The notes below the pieces were generated by a model that saw only the letters and a program-made list of their open reading frames with translations, searched no databases and was not told the origin of the DNA. A DNA stretch of 64,000 nucleotides. It comes from a virus. The position numbers and the translations under genes were made by a program. Location of the stretch: positions 13,854 to 77,853 of the IMG/VR virus record IMGVR_UViG_3300047172_000052. One strand, 5' to 3'. This document shows, in pieces, positions 1-11,234 of the stretch. Every line of letters starts with the position of its first letter. Positions within the stretch are counted from its first letter, which is position 1.

Positions 1-892
1 CCTCGCAAATTGCAGGTAAATTTACGATGTGATATGGGATTCCGACCCCTTTTTTGGTCATATCCTCAATAACGCCACACAAATCGAGGGGATGCCAGCG
101 GGTCGCAACAATAAACATCGGTGCATTTGGCAGTAATCGTGTCGTGAAGTCTGCCATGAACCAGTCGTGAACCTCCTTGCGTTTCGCGGCGCTTTCAGCG
201 TCAGCCCGCGTTGCATAGGGGTCGTCAACCGCAGCGATGTGAGCACGGAATCCGGCAATGCCCTGGCCCACACCACGCGTCAGGTAGGTGCCGTTCTTGC
301 CTGCCAGCGCCCACGATCCAGACGCCTTGCTTTCCTTGCTGATCGTGATCTCGGGGAACACCTGATGGTAAGGTTCGCTGATGATCATGTTCTTGACCTT
401 CAGCCCGAATTCCTTCTCCACGAAGTCGTTCGTGTGTCCGCCCTGGATGTATCGGTGGTTGGGATGGTTGCCCATATACCAAGCAGGGAACAACTTCGAG
501 CAGTAGGTGCTCTTGGCGTGCCCTGGCGGCATCGAGATCATCGACCTGGGTATCTTCCTCGCCGCTATCGCCTCCAGGTGACTGCACATCCACTCGTGAT
601 GATGTGCCGGCGGCTCCTCCGGGTTCATGAATTCAGCGAAGCACGACAAGCTATGCGGTGCAGCATCCAGCAACCTTGCCCGGTAGTTCGCCTTTGCGTC
701 TTCGAGCATGTGCTCGATCGCTGCGTATTGGTTCTCAGTCTCACTGGTCTGACATAGCTGGCGCAGGAGCTTCGACAGCGACGGGTGCAACGCCGCCTTG
801 TTCACCAAGGCGCCCTCGATCGACGTCAGCAGGTCGTTCAGTCTGGCAATGGCGCGGCGGCTTTCCTGCCGCTCTTGAAGGGTGATGTGCAT
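1..892 (-). CDS. terL: Terminase large subunit, N-terminal ATPase part (continues off window)
   Basis: Not in the ORF track. Manual translation from ATG 892: MHITLQERQ...MISMPPGHAKSTYCSKLFPAWYMG (Walker A)...GVGQGIAGFRAHIAAVDDPY (Walker B)...VATRWH, open to the window edge, 1 nt after the terS stop. Confidence 0.93.
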   Translation of the reverse strand, partial: MHITLQERQESRRAIARLNDLLTSIEGALVNKAALHPSLSKLLRQLCQTSETENQYAAIEHMLEDAKANYRARLLDAAPHSLSCFAEFMNPEEPPAHHHEWMCSHLEAIAARKIPRSMISMPPGHAKSTYCSKLFPAWYMGNHPNHRYIQGGHTNDFVEKEFGLKVKNMIISEPYHQVFPEITISKESKASGSWALAGKNGTYLTRGVGQGIAGFRAHIAAVDDPYATRADAESAAKRKEVHDWFMADFTTRLLPNAPMFIVATRWHPLDLCGVIEDMTKKGVGIPYHIVNLPAICE

Positions 893-893
893 G

Positions 894-1460
894 TCAGCCT
901 ATGGTGATCGGTGGCTTCTTGGGCTTCGCCGGCACCGCTTCCATCGTCTGCAGATCGACCTGACCGGTGAAGCCGATGTTGTCGAGGAGCTTGTTCACCT
1001 TGTCGAGCGGGATAGCAGTCTGGGCGCGCTTCTGCTGCTCCTGCTTTGCCTCGTCCTCCAGTGCCTTCTTGTCCTTGTTGCCTTCCTGGAATAGCCCGAC
1101 TTCCTTGCCCAAAAGTTCGAGCGCCTTGTTCGAGGCAGCGTATTGACCAGCATCACGTGCGAGCTTGGCGTTCTCCATCAACTCCGCGATCACCCAGCCT
1201 GGATCGATCACAGCTTCCCCGCGTGCCCTTTCGACCGCTGCTTCATAGTCAAGGTCGCCATTCGGCCCGCCGTTGAAGCGTTGCTCTTTCTCCTCCAGCA
1301 GTTCGGCGACGCGCTCCTTGATATCGGGGCGCCGTGCCATGACAGAACTGTTGGTGGTGCTCTTCTCGTAACCAGCATCCGCGTAGGCCTGCGACTGAGA
1401 CTTGCCGGCGGCGAGCCCACGACAGAAGAGTTCGTGCTTGACGTTGGTCAACTGTCCCAT
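894..1460 (-). CDS. terS: Terminase small subunit
   Basis: LTNVKHELFCRGLAAGKSQSQAYADAGY N-terminal HTH and KALELLGKEVGLF motif, directly upstream of TerL. Confidence 0.88.
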   Translation of the reverse strand: MGQLTNVKHELFCRGLAAGKSQSQAYADAGYEKSTTNSSVMARRPDIKERVAELLEEKEQRFNGGPNGDLDYEAAVERARGEAVIDPGWVIAELMENAKLARDAGQYAASNKALELLGKEVGLFQEGNKDKKALEDEAKQEQQKRAQTAIPLDKVNKLLDNIGFTGQVDLQTMEAVPAKPKKPPITIG

Positions 1461-1462
1461 GG

Positions 1463-1816
1463 TCAGTCGTCCTCACCGTCAGCATCGTCATCTTCTTCCT
1501 GCGATTGCAACCGACTGATGGTCACAGGACCGAATGATGGATGAACGCCATAGTAGTATTGATCCGGATCGTAGTCGGCAAGATCAGCACAGTGGAATCC
1601 GATGCCGGGCTTGCGGTCGTAGAACTTGAACATCGGTCGACCGTCCTCGTCGAGCAGCCCGCTGAACTGTGGGTCCTGATGCTTCTCCTCGTAGACAGCG
1701 CGTGCGATCACCACATCGTCACCGAAGATCGGATCGACCAGGGACTTCGGTGGCGTGTTGAAAGCTGCACGGAGGAGGCGCATGGAACCACTTGCGACGG
1801 TGCGGAACTTCTTCAT
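1463..1816 (-). CDS. Hypothetical protein with acidic tail
   Basis: Tightly packed between the RuvC-like gene and terS (ATGA overlap). Confidence 0.7.
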   Translation of the reverse strand: MKKFRTVASGSMRLLRAAFNTPPKSLVDPIFGDDVVIARAVYEEKHQDPQFSGLLDEDGRPMFKFYDRKPGIGFHCADLADYDPDQYYYGVHPSFGPVTISRLQSQEEDDDADGEDD

Positions 1817-2322
1817 GATTTCACCCTCGGCAGCAGTTTCTTCTTCAGCACGTGGCCCTGGTGCATGACGCCATAGAGGGCGATCATCGCTGCCTCGGCC
1901 TTGTCGGGTCTGGTGAATAGGTGGGCGCAGGCGGGAAACAATTCCTTGGCGCGATTCCGCGCCTCGTCCTTCACCTTAGGCACCCGCAGGTTCTTCTTCC
2001 AGACATCAGGCGGGATGCGTGTCAGCGGGACGTCCAAAGCCGCCAGGACTCCCTTGATCGTTCCGTTGTTGTCGCCAAACGTGAACGCACCAACGGTGCC
2101 ATCGGTCGGCATCGAGTGGACTTTCTCCAGATAGGCTGAGATGGGGTCGTTGGCGCGGATCAGCGCCGCCAGAACGACACCATCGGCTTCGGTGATGGTG
2201 CGGCTGGTGCCGAGTGTCTTCATGACCGGCATGTCGAATACGTCGAGGAATCCGTCTTCAGGCCAGATGAACGCCACCGCGCCTTTGCTGCCTGGATCGA
2301 TCCCTGAAATGCAAAACGTCAT
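1813..2322 (-). CDS. RuvC-like Holliday junction resolvase
   Basis: GIDPG...YLEKV...P.VWKK...DKAEAAMIA RNase H/RuvC acidic motifs; likely start MTFCISGIDPG at 2322. Confidence 0.88.
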   Translation of the reverse strand: MTFCISGIDPGSKGAVAFIWPEDGFLDVFDMPVMKTLGTSRTITEADGVVLAALIRANDPISAYLEKVHSMPTDGTVGAFTFGDNNGTIKGVLAALDVPLTRIPPDVWKKNLRVPKVKDEARNRAKELFPACAHLFTRPDKAEAAMIALYGVMHQGHVLKKKLLPRVKS

Positions 2323-2599
2323 GCGCCCCCGGCTCACTCTCCTGCAGGCGCGAGGCCGTCCCCGACAACCAGTCACCTGAGGCCACTGCACCACGTCAGA
2401 ATGACTGACGCCTGTCAAGCAAACCGACGCACCGTCTCATGAATCCCGCTGACGCGGGCCTCTCACCAACGACCGACTCAGCGCCACCCCTACGCTCGAT
2501 CGCGCCACCCCTACCCCTCGCACCGGCCCCCCGATCGCGCGCCGCCCCCAAGCCCCACAAATCAGCCGGCGTGTGCAGTGGCGCCGACTTGGAAACAAT

Positions 2600-3085
2600 G
2601 AGGCATTGGACCAAGAAACCCATAACCTATTGAATAAATTATATATTCTTTAGTAACATAAAGAAAGAGTAATAATATGGTCCCGTGGTCACACCTAACT
2701 CATTGATTTCGCTCACTGGTCCGAGTGGTCCAACCGGAAAACGTAATGGTCCAGACCCCCTTGGGCCAGGTTGGACCACTGTAACCCATTGATTTCTCGC
2801 CGCTTTGGTGCCACGATATAGCAACGGTCCAAGCGGTCCAACCCCAAAACGCCTGCCAGAAAAACCCCGCGTGCGCAAAATAACCATGGTTCGTTGCAAC
2901 TTCATGAGTAAGATACCCACGTTTGTGTAACGAACACCCTGTATATTCCCCCCGCTCCTCCGGATTGAAAAGGGTCTGGACCACTGGACCACTTGGACCA
3001 TCGAGCGTTTTCAATGACTTACGAATTGGAGGGTCTGGACCATTACGTTTCCGGTTGGACCACCTCGGACCACCTTGGACCACTC
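2600..3085. repeat. Iteron and inverted-repeat region with IHF-like sites (replication origin or packaging site)
   Basis: About 14 GGTCC/GGACC-core repeats, mostly GGTCC on the left and GGACCA on the right; ~42-bp inverted repeat 2717-2758 vs 3031-3072; YAANNNNTTGATW matches at 2696-2708 and 2782-2794; AT-rich patch 2630-2677. Confidence 0.7.
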
Positions 3086-3156
3086 GCACAGCACCTCGCG
3101 GCAGTCTCACCGTTTGCATTCGCTTCGGTAGTGCAACGGGCTCTCCTGCCATCTTT

Positions 3157-3221
3157 CACGCGTGAGGCGCATCTTTCTTGTTGACCGACGTCACGCTTCG
3201 TGACATACTCCCCTCCATCGA
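3157..3221 (+). promoter_or_regulatory. Repeated early promoter unit
   Basis: CACGCGTGAGGCGCA 3157-3171; TTGACC 3181; 17 bp; CATACT 3204; CATCGA near +1. Confidence 0.8.
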
Positions 3222-3434
3222 AGGACACCAGCGAAGGAGCCAGAGCACAGTGCGGATCAAGACCAACGGGCGCGAAGGCATCGTCGAGTTCCTGAACGGT
3301 CAGCCCTGGTATGTGACCGTCTCCTCGCCCAACACCGGCTTCAGCCGCACCATCTGGCACAAGGACACCAAGCGCCCGATCAGCCTGCTGGCGTCGCGGT
3401 TCATCAACGCCGCCGTGAACCGGCGCAAGGGAAT

Positions 3435-3497
3435 TGTGCCTGAGGCGTAATTCTTCTTGACGTCGGCAACCCTCCGTGACATACTCCTCTTCATCGA
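3435..3497 (+). promoter_or_regulatory. Repeated early promoter unit
   Basis: TGTGCCTGAGGCGTA 3435-3449; TTGACG 3457; 17 bp; CATACT 3480; CATCGA. Confidence 0.85.
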
Positions 3498-5095
3498 GCG
3501 CCCCTAAGGAAAGGACACATCGCGATGCGCGGCTGCTACGTGATCAAGAACCCCGCCGGCACCTTCCACTTCGCCGGTCGCGTCCCCACCGCCCTGGCGT
3601 TCGACTGCACCGACGCCGAGGTGCTGGAGGCGGCGCTGCACAGCGGCCCTGGTCTCGCCCGCAAGATCGCAGCGCGCAAGGGCGTCAAGTTCGAGACCCT
3701 TACCTGGGTGACGCGCGAGGAAGCCCTCGAAGCAGCGAAGTCGGCTTTCGTCGAGGTGGTGGAGTGATTATATTCCCACAAACCCCGAGGGAATTCTTGG
3801 CGCTGGCGATCATCATCGCCATCCTTCTCGGCGTCATCGCCGTTGCTCGTCATTTCGGAGTGCAATGATGCGCCGACTCGCTAACCTTCGCGCAGCCCTC
3901 GCCGACCCGGTCGCACGGCGCGCGATCCTCGTGCCGGTCTGCCTCGCCCTCCAACACCGTGAAGGCATCGAGACGACGCGGGAGCAGATGGAGCAGGCCT
4001 ACGACAAGGTGCAGGAGGAGAAGTCGACATGCTCAAACGCGTGATCGAAGGATGGAACGCAGCGCCCGGCGCACCGCGTGGCTGGGACCCCAAACGCGAC
4101 GGCGACTGCGGCGCCCTGCCGATCCGCGTTCATCCAACCCGTGCGTTCGTCGACCCCTCGGTGCGCCTGGAGTATTGCGAAAGCGCCTGGGAGCCGACGC
4201 CCGACGAGCTTCGGCTTCTGAATGCCGGGCACAGCCTTATCCTGCGCGTCGCCGGCTGGCAGGTTCCGGTGGCTTTGTATGTCGACCCTGTCAAGCCCAA
4301 CACCGAGGGGAGGTAAGCATGATCACCTACGCACCGCAGGCTTTCGCCGGGAAGGCACACCAGGGAACCCACTACGTTCGCTACCGCGACGGCACGCGAT
4401 CCATGCTCATGTCCAAGCGTGTCGCCCGATCCTACGCCAAGCTCTTCGGCGGCAGCGTCCACAACGCACGTCAGCCAAACGCCCTCGTGCGTGCCTTCCG
4501 GTGGGGGTTCCGCTGATGCCGATCTACGCCGACTGGATCATCGACTCCGTCCTGCTCGTCTCGCTCGTGTGGTGGCTGGTGCGCAGCGTATGAATCAATC
4601 AACCATCTCCCTTCCCCTCATCGTCTCCCACGCCCAGGCAGTCCGTCTGTTCGACAGCGTGAGGACTGGGCACAAGTCCGTTCGCTTTGCCGCCGCCATC
4701 CTGGACTGGACGCCGGAGCAGGTGCAGGTGTGCGCGTTCGGCGAGGTGGTGCAGTGCCACTCACCATCGACAAACTCCCTGGCCTGACGAAGGCAGCACT
4801 GGAAATCGCCTACGACAACGGCGGCATCAATCGAGGGCGCACGGAGGCAGACGCCGGGAAGGAACTGATCGACTTCCTTGCGAAGAGATACAACGCAATC
4901 TCACACACAGGTGTGCGGATTTCCGTTGCGCTGCAGTGGGCAGAGATCGATCGGTGGCTCAACGCGCAGACGCCGGAAGACCTGCTCTGCATCTGTGCGG
5001 GCGACGACGAGGAGCAGGAACGCCTCCTAAAGGACGCACCCGCCGGCACGGATGAACTGCTGAACGACATCTTCGAAGAGGTGTGCTGAGATAAA

Positions 5096-5158
5096 TACGC
5101 CTGACGCGTAGTTTGCTCTTGACGCACCGACCTTATGATGGCATACTCCCCTCCATCA
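5096..5158 (+). promoter_or_regulatory. Repeated early promoter unit
   Basis: TACGCCTGACGCGTA 5096-5110; TTGACG 5119; 17 bp; CATACT 5142. Confidence 0.85.
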
Positions 5159-6483
5159 GCAAGGGAGCCCACGATGACCATCAACTCCGCCACCGACCAC
5201 GGCTACAACATCAACTGGTCGATCAAAGTGCAGCCCGGTCTGCATGTGCGTGACGCCGACAGGAACTACATGAAGGTCGTTCGCCGGCACGCCGATGGCG
5301 TCTGGTGGGACTGCGAGTGGCTGGAAGGCCCGCACACCGGCAAGACCATCGCGCGGCACCACGACGACATACTGGAGGACGCATACGCGCCATGACCCAC
5401 TACCTGGACTCCCACGCCCGGCGCCAGGACCGCCGCATTGTCGACGCCATCCACACGATGAACAAGCTGGAGAAGCAGCGCGACAGCGTCGTCGAGGTCC
5501 TCTGCAAGTTTGTCGACCAATACGCCTATGAGCGCCACACGTGGCCTGACGACATGGTGGCGCTGCTGGACGAGGCGCACGGCGTGCTGAGCGAGGTTAT
5601 GGGACAGGAAAGGAAGGACACCTAGACATGCCAGTCGTCTACGAATGGTGGGCCGGCGAGATCGACGCGCACGGCGACTGCTTGGAACTGCACTTCTTCA
5701 ACAATCGCGCGGACGCAGAGCAGCACACCGCCATCAGTGACGACGCCGTCAAGGTCGACGTGGAACTGGTCCGCAGCGTGATCGAGGACGGCGACCTGAT
5801 GGATCGGCAGTATGCCCGCATCGTCAACGGTGTGCTGCCCACTGAGTTCAATGGGGGTGCTACCGTGCCCAAGCGGTTCAACCCTGGCTGCAAACGAAAG
5901 GAGGAGGCCTGCCCATGACAACCTCGACAACCCACCTCCACCTCTACAAGGTCGACTACGATGTCCTGGCACCCGTCGACCGTCATCCGATCGGCCCGCG
6001 CCACTGCGTCGTGCAGGCCACCGATCCGCAGAACGCCAAGGTGATGGTCGCCATCGCCTACGATCGGCGACCGACCGAGGAGGCTTTCCGGTTCCGACGC
6101 ATCGTGTTGGCGGGCAGCGTATGACCGCCTTCAACGTAGCCCGCGAGACCATGCTGCGGGAGGTCGAACGCACCATGCGCGAGGAGGAGACGTTGCTGGC
6201 CCACATGATCCGACAGGACGATCCGGCGGTGACGTGGGGAGAGGCTATGGAAAGGGCGTGCCGCGCGCTGGGGAGGCCAGTGAACCAATGAATACCTGCG
6301 CCACCTGCCGCTACAACGACGGTGTCTGGTTTCACGACGATTACGACGACGTCGACATCCTGCTGTGCTCCATCCCCGAGGCGAAACTCCCGCTTTGCAT
6401 GCGAGGCGTGGCGATGCGGGAGAAGCAGCCTGTGCGTGCCGATGCGACCGGTTGTCCTATGTGGGAGATTGCCACGTAGTAAT

Positions 6484-6546
6484 TACGCCTGGGGCGTATT
6501 TGTCTCTTGACTTCCCACTTCCAAAATGGCATGATGCCTTCATCGA
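6484..6546 (+). promoter_or_regulatory. Repeated early promoter unit
   Basis: TACGCCTGGGGCGTA 6484-6498; TTGACT 6507; 17 bp; CATGAT 6530; CATCGA. Confidence 0.85.
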
Positions 6547-6811
6547 GCGACACACATCGAAGGAGACGAAGTCACATGGCGATCACCAAGTCCCAAGTCT
6601 CACGCACCGCCGTCGACTGGTCGCGCTACGCCCAGGAGAATGTGTCGGTCGAGGTGAGCGGTGACACCCTCTATGGCTTCTGCCCCAGCGAGCTTGGCGC
6701 GCTCCGCCTCTACCACCAATATCGCGGCGCCAAGAACGTCCGCGCCTTCCTGTCGGCGGCTCATGGATGGGTCTTCGCGCTGGTGGTGAACTTCTCGGCG
6801 GAGGCACGCTG

Positions 6812-7129
6812 ATGAACAACCTCACCACCGTCGCAGCCACCATCCTCGATCAACTGGGCGACAACCGCTTCCTCGCCATGACCGGCGCCAGGAACCTCGT
6901 CGGCGGCGCTGACGACCTGCGGTTCCACCTGCCTCGCGTCAAGACCAAGTGGGGTGTCGCCGACCGCTTCTGGATCAAACTGGAAGCGGACGACACCTAC
7001 ACGCTGGAGGCTGGGCGCTACGATCACAAGGCCATGGAGGTGAAGCGCGTGTGCCGTGCGGAGACCATCTACGTGGAGAACCTGCAGGCGACGTTCACGA
7101 CCATGACCGGGTTGAGGACGCGGCTGTGA
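6812..7129 (+). CDS. Conserved phage hypothetical protein
   Basis: ATILDQLG.NRFLAMTGA...DDTYT...IY.ENLQ..F...TGL.TRL pattern recalled from many phage genomes. Confidence 0.75.
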   Translation: MNNLTTVAATILDQLGDNRFLAMTGARNLVGGADDLRFHLPRVKTKWGVADRFWIKLEADDTYTLEAGRYDHKAMEVKRVCRAETIYVENLQATFTTMTGLRTRL

Positions 7130-7498
7130 CCGAAGCTGAACGCAAGAAGGGCAAGCGCCTTCTCACGCGGCTGATCACCGCCACCGATCGATACATGCGT
7201 GTCCGCGAGCGCCTGAGCGCCAAGGCAGAGCGCAACGGCATGATCGGGCAATCGGACGTGAAGAAGGAGGATCAGGCGCAGGACGCCTACCTGAAGGCCC
7301 AGGCGGCGCTGGTGGAGTGGTTCGATAGGTGCTGAGATTCGCATCGTCCAGGAACCAACCAGCGACTCGTCACGCTACGCGTGGCGATGGTCGGTGCTGA
7401 GCAACGGTGTGGAACTGGCAACCGGAACCAACCTGCACCTGGAGCATGCCTGCGACGCGGCGCGGCTGAGTCTTGCACTTGCATGCGCCGTAAAATAA

Positions 7499-7561
7499 TA
7501 CGCCTGGGGCGCATTTCTCCGTTGACTCTCAATGCTGCTTGAGGCATACTCTGTCCATCGA
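7499..7561 (+). promoter_or_regulatory. Repeated early promoter unit
   Basis: TACGCCTGGGGCGCA 7499-7513; TTGACT 7522; 17 bp; CATACT 7545; CATCGA. Confidence 0.85.
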
Positions 7562-9275
7562 AGCAGTGATGAACACAGTCAAGGAGATCGCCCCAGTGTC
7601 CCTCGCTACCCTGACCCGCGCCAAAGCCGAACACCTCTGCAACTGCTACGGCGTCCGGCTCGTAGACTTCGAGGACGAGTTCCAGTTCGCACTGTCCTAC
7701 GCGGCGAAGGGGCACAACCCGGTGGAACTGTTCGACGGCTATGTCGCCGAGACGGTGCGGGTGAACCGGGCCGATGAGCAGCAGGCGATCCTGGAGGAGG
7801 TGTGGTGATGCAATTCATCGTAACCCAGGCTATTATTCCTGGCAAGTTCACTTGGCAGGTCTGGTTCGGCTCTGACCTGGAGGGTGAATCCGACGAGCCT
7901 CTGGCATCCATGGAAGACGCGGCGGCACAAGCCATCAGGTGCATCAAAACACATTGGAGGTTCGCATGAACGTGCCGCAAGCTGCCAACACCAACGTCCC
8001 AGCCGCCACGCAGGGCCAGGGCTACTACCCCGAGCTTGGCGAGCGCCACGACGGCACGGCCCTGTTCGAGCGCCACGTGGGCTACGGCGGCTATTGCCTG
8101 AAGTGGTCCGCCGATCGCCACCAGGAGGCGCTAGACACGTTCAAGGCTCTTCGCATCCGCCCGCGCTACATGGAGCCGTTCCGCTCCGACAAGACCGGCA
8201 TCACGAAATGGTCGGCGGGTGTAACCTGGGAAGCCGGTCGGAAGCTCGACAAGCTGTCCGTGACTGAACTGCTGCTGGACTGAAAGGGAAACTCAAATGC
8301 GCCGCACCGCGATCCCATACCGCGACGCCGTCAAGTGGATTCTCGACAACGACGACGTCACCTTCCTGGACGACGAATACGGGAGCCCTTCCGTTAGCGC
8401 ATGCCTCGTCGCTGATATCTACCAGCGCCCTGTCGAGGAGGTGGTTGCGGAAATGCGGCAGCGGCGAGGGAGCACGCGATGACCCAGGCCCTGACACCCC
8501 TCGAAGCCAAGGCCATCCGCCGGGCGGTAGGCGATGCCGCTGCCGGCGAGATGTATGGATTCTCGCACGACCTGTGTGGCGCCCTGAAGTCCGGGGAGGC
8601 AAAGCTCGTGGCTGCACCGGCACAGGCCGTCTGGGTGCCGTTCTCGCGCCAGGAATTGGACATCCTTCTGGATGCCGTCTCGAACGGCGCCGAGGGCGTC
8701 TTGCAGCCCTCCAGTGGCGTCAGCGCCGACCGTAAGAGGGCATTCCGTTCTGCCGCCAACCGGCTGATCGATGCTGGCGGCTTCACCATGCCACGGTTCT
8801 AGGAGGCGACATGACCAACGAGCTAACCGCCAAACAGCAGGAACGAATCGACCACGCCTGGGATCAGGTCCAAATACGTGCCGCCCAGGCCCTCTCGGAC
8901 GCGTCCTGTCACACGCTGGAGGACGCCCTGGTGATCATCAAGGAACTGGAGAAGAATGGCTGGACGATCCTCCAGAGCCCACTGCTGACCATCCTGCGAA
9001 CAAACACGCCGCGCACGGAGATACGCGCCGATCGAGAGCCGGCGCCGACTGTCACCGTGAGGGTCAAATGACCACCCGCACCGCCTACGTCATCATGTGC
9101 AACGACTACCCCGAGGCCGTCTGCATGGGCACCGAGGAGGAAGCGGATACCCTCGCAAAGCGCCTGAAGGACGAGGATGTCGCCAAGTTCCGCAAGCACC
9201 TCGGTCCCAAGGCCACGCCGCCCTTCAAGCACTGGGCAGCACGCGTCGTGCCGGTGTGGCCTCCGGCGTAAATTA

Positions 9276-9338
9276 TACGCCTGAAGAGTAACTCTCCTTG
9301 AATCCGGTCACTCGCCATGACATACTCCCCTTCATCGA
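9276..9338 (+). promoter_or_regulatory. Repeated early promoter unit
   Basis: TACGCCTGAAGAGTA 9276-9290; TTGAAT 9298; 17 bp; CATACT 9321; CATCGA. Confidence 0.8.
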
Positions 9339-10114
9339 GACCGAGTTCATGAAGGAGATCGTGCCGTGCGCAAGCCTCGTCGTCCTGCCCACAACCCCGT
9401 CGCGAAGGCCCTGGCGCACCCGGTGTGCCGCCCCCCGCGTCGTCGAGGTGAAGACGCGCTACCGGCGCCGGCCCAAGCATGTCAACACCACCAGCGAGAA
9501 GGAGTGATCGCATGTCCCGCCGCCGCGCGCCGTTCCGCCCCGACGTCGAGCCCGTCCTCGTCAACGACCCCTCCAGGAAAGGTGAGATCGCCTGCTCGAA
9601 GGAGGTGTTCGGTGACCACAGCCGCTACGCGGTCTACGCCGTCCACACCCGCTTCGATGCGGTGCATTGGGTCGTAGCGGACGCCGAGACGATCGATCCG
9701 GTGACCGGGGAATACTGCGCCTGGATACGACAGGGCGACAGCAAGAAGGAAGTTCTGGAGGGTCTGGTATGATGCCCAGGTCGCCAAACACCTCGCTGAC
9801 ATGATGTGCAGCGACCTGAACGCAGGGGTTGAATAATCCCTCTTGACATCGATTCGAGCCGGATACGCTATGTCCTAAACCAAACACGGCTAGGATAGCG
9901 CCTGTGGCCTACGTAAATGCCACTATTACCACTCCCCAGGCTGGCGGCTACTATGTGCGAGGCGTATTCTCGAAGGTCGATGTTTTAACAGGTTACGCAG
10001 TCTACACGCGTGAGGGTGAAGTGTATGCAGTCTTCGACATCGGGATTGACCACTGGTCCGTCGCTTTGCGCTTGGCGCACGAGGCCAAGAACAGGCTCAA
10101 CAATGGAGGTGAGA

Positions 10115-10384
10115 TTGTCGCACCGCTACGTTCCTCTCTATCGACCGGCACACTGGTCGACGCTCCCCCGCGATGTCAACTTCGTCCTAGTCGAGGCGGA
10201 GCATGCCAACGCGCATTTGAAGCCGAATCTTCCCAGGTCGAAATACACCTTTGGTGTAATCAAGACAAACAGGGAGCTTCTTCCTGTCGAGTGCGAAATC
10301 TATCAACTGAAACCGGTGGAAGGCATTGACCAAAATGGCAACGTCCCAGAAACGGAAGGCGCTCTTCACTCCACGACAGCGTGA
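10115..10384 (+). CDS. Small protein resembling the DarA C-terminal-like domain
   Basis: GGAGG then TTG; RY..LYRP....TLP...FGVI...REL...E...YQL.P pattern. Family call is from memory. Confidence 0.4.
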   Translation: MSHRYVPLYRPAHWSTLPRDVNFVLVEAEHANAHLKPNLPRSKYTFGVIKTNRELLPVECEIYQLKPVEGIDQNGNVPETEGALHSTTA

Positions 10385-10774
10385 CCTGATACTTCTGGCC
10401 TTCAAGACGACGTCGGAAGACGGTTCGATCTACGGCGAGATTAACACGGATGCTGGAATCCGCCGGATCAACCGAGAAGTCAACGAGATCGAGCAGATCG
10501 TCAAGGAGAACACCGGCTGATGTCGACGAAGAAGAAGGGAGTGCTCACCACCAGCGGAGAATGGGCGCGGCACCTCCGCGCCTGGGGCAAGCGTGCGTTC
10601 TGGCGCAAGGAGCGCCGCGCCTCGAAGAAGGGGGTGCATCAAGAGCTACGCGCCCGCTAACCACGGGCTAGTCCGGACGTCAGGATGAAGAAGGGGATTG
10701 GTCTCCCCATGGCAGGCTTGCGTTGGTGGGGAGGTGTGGAGAGGGGAAGCCCTCGTGGAAGCACCTACCCTTAT

Positions 10775-10837
10775 TTTGCCTGAGGCGTATTTCATATTTG
10801 CGCCGACGCGTGACTTCCGCTATCATTCCGTCATCGA
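10775..10837 (+). promoter_or_regulatory. Repeated early promoter unit
   Basis: TTTGCCTGAGGCGTA 10775-10789; TTGCGC 10798; 17 bp; TATCAT 10821; CATCGA. Confidence 0.8.
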
Positions 10838-10861
10838 GAACGACAGAAGGAGTTGCGAAGG

Positions 10862-11197
10862 GTGAGCATTCGGCGGATCGGTAAATGTAGCGCGTGCAAG
10901 CAAGTGTCGGCACGCGACTATACCGAGACCAAACCATTCCGCGTGGGCTTCGGCATGCGTGACACCATCGTCTACGGGCGCATCATCAACGGTCTGTTTC
11001 GCCGAGCTAGCGAGGATACCCAGTGTCCTCGTTGCCTCGCTTGGCATAGCTGGAACGCCAAGCGCATCCAGGGCTTCCAGACCGAGCACGAGTGCAACGT
11101 GAAGTGCATGTCGAGCAAGGGTCCGTCATGCGAGTGCTCCTGCGGCGGTGCGAACCATGGCAAGTCCTGGATCGTGTGCGAAGCGGTGGCAGCATGA
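10862..11197 (+). CDS. Cys-rich zinc-binding phage protein
   Basis: CSAC, CPRC and HECNVKC...CECSCGGANHG motifs; follows promoter unit and SD. Confidence 0.75.
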   Translation: MSIRRIGKCSACKQVSARDYTETKPFRVGFGMRDTIVYGRIINGLFRRASEDTQCPRCLAWHSWNAKRIQGFQTEHECNVKCMSSKGPSCECSCGGANHGKSWIVCEAVAA

Positions 11198-11234
11198 TCG
11201 CTCCGAGATACGCCCTCTCTCATGGAGACACCGA

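Larger units (their letters stand above)
3250..10520 (+). other. Array of ~25 small early-type hypothetical genes
   Basis: Co-oriented ORFs with SD sites and ATGA/GTGA overlaps, e.g. 3250-3450, 3525-3767, 4029-4316, 4319-4516, 4590-4787, 4754-5089, 5174-5395, 5392-5625, 5628-5918, 5915-6124, 6121-6291, 6288-6479, 6576-6812, 6812-7129, 7126-7335, 7569-7808, 7966-8283, 8297-8482, 8479-8802, 8811-9071, 9068-9271, 9512-9772, 9904-, 10326-10520. Confidence 0.75.

Noticed and set aside
2639-3184. ORFs across the iteron region
   Set aside because: GP/WT-rich translations of the GGTCCA repeats, with no SD and atypical composition.
3178-9507. Similar ORF starts MLTDVTLRDILPSIE and MNPVTRHDILPFIE
   Set aside because: These are translations of the repeated -35/-10 unit, not paralogous proteins.
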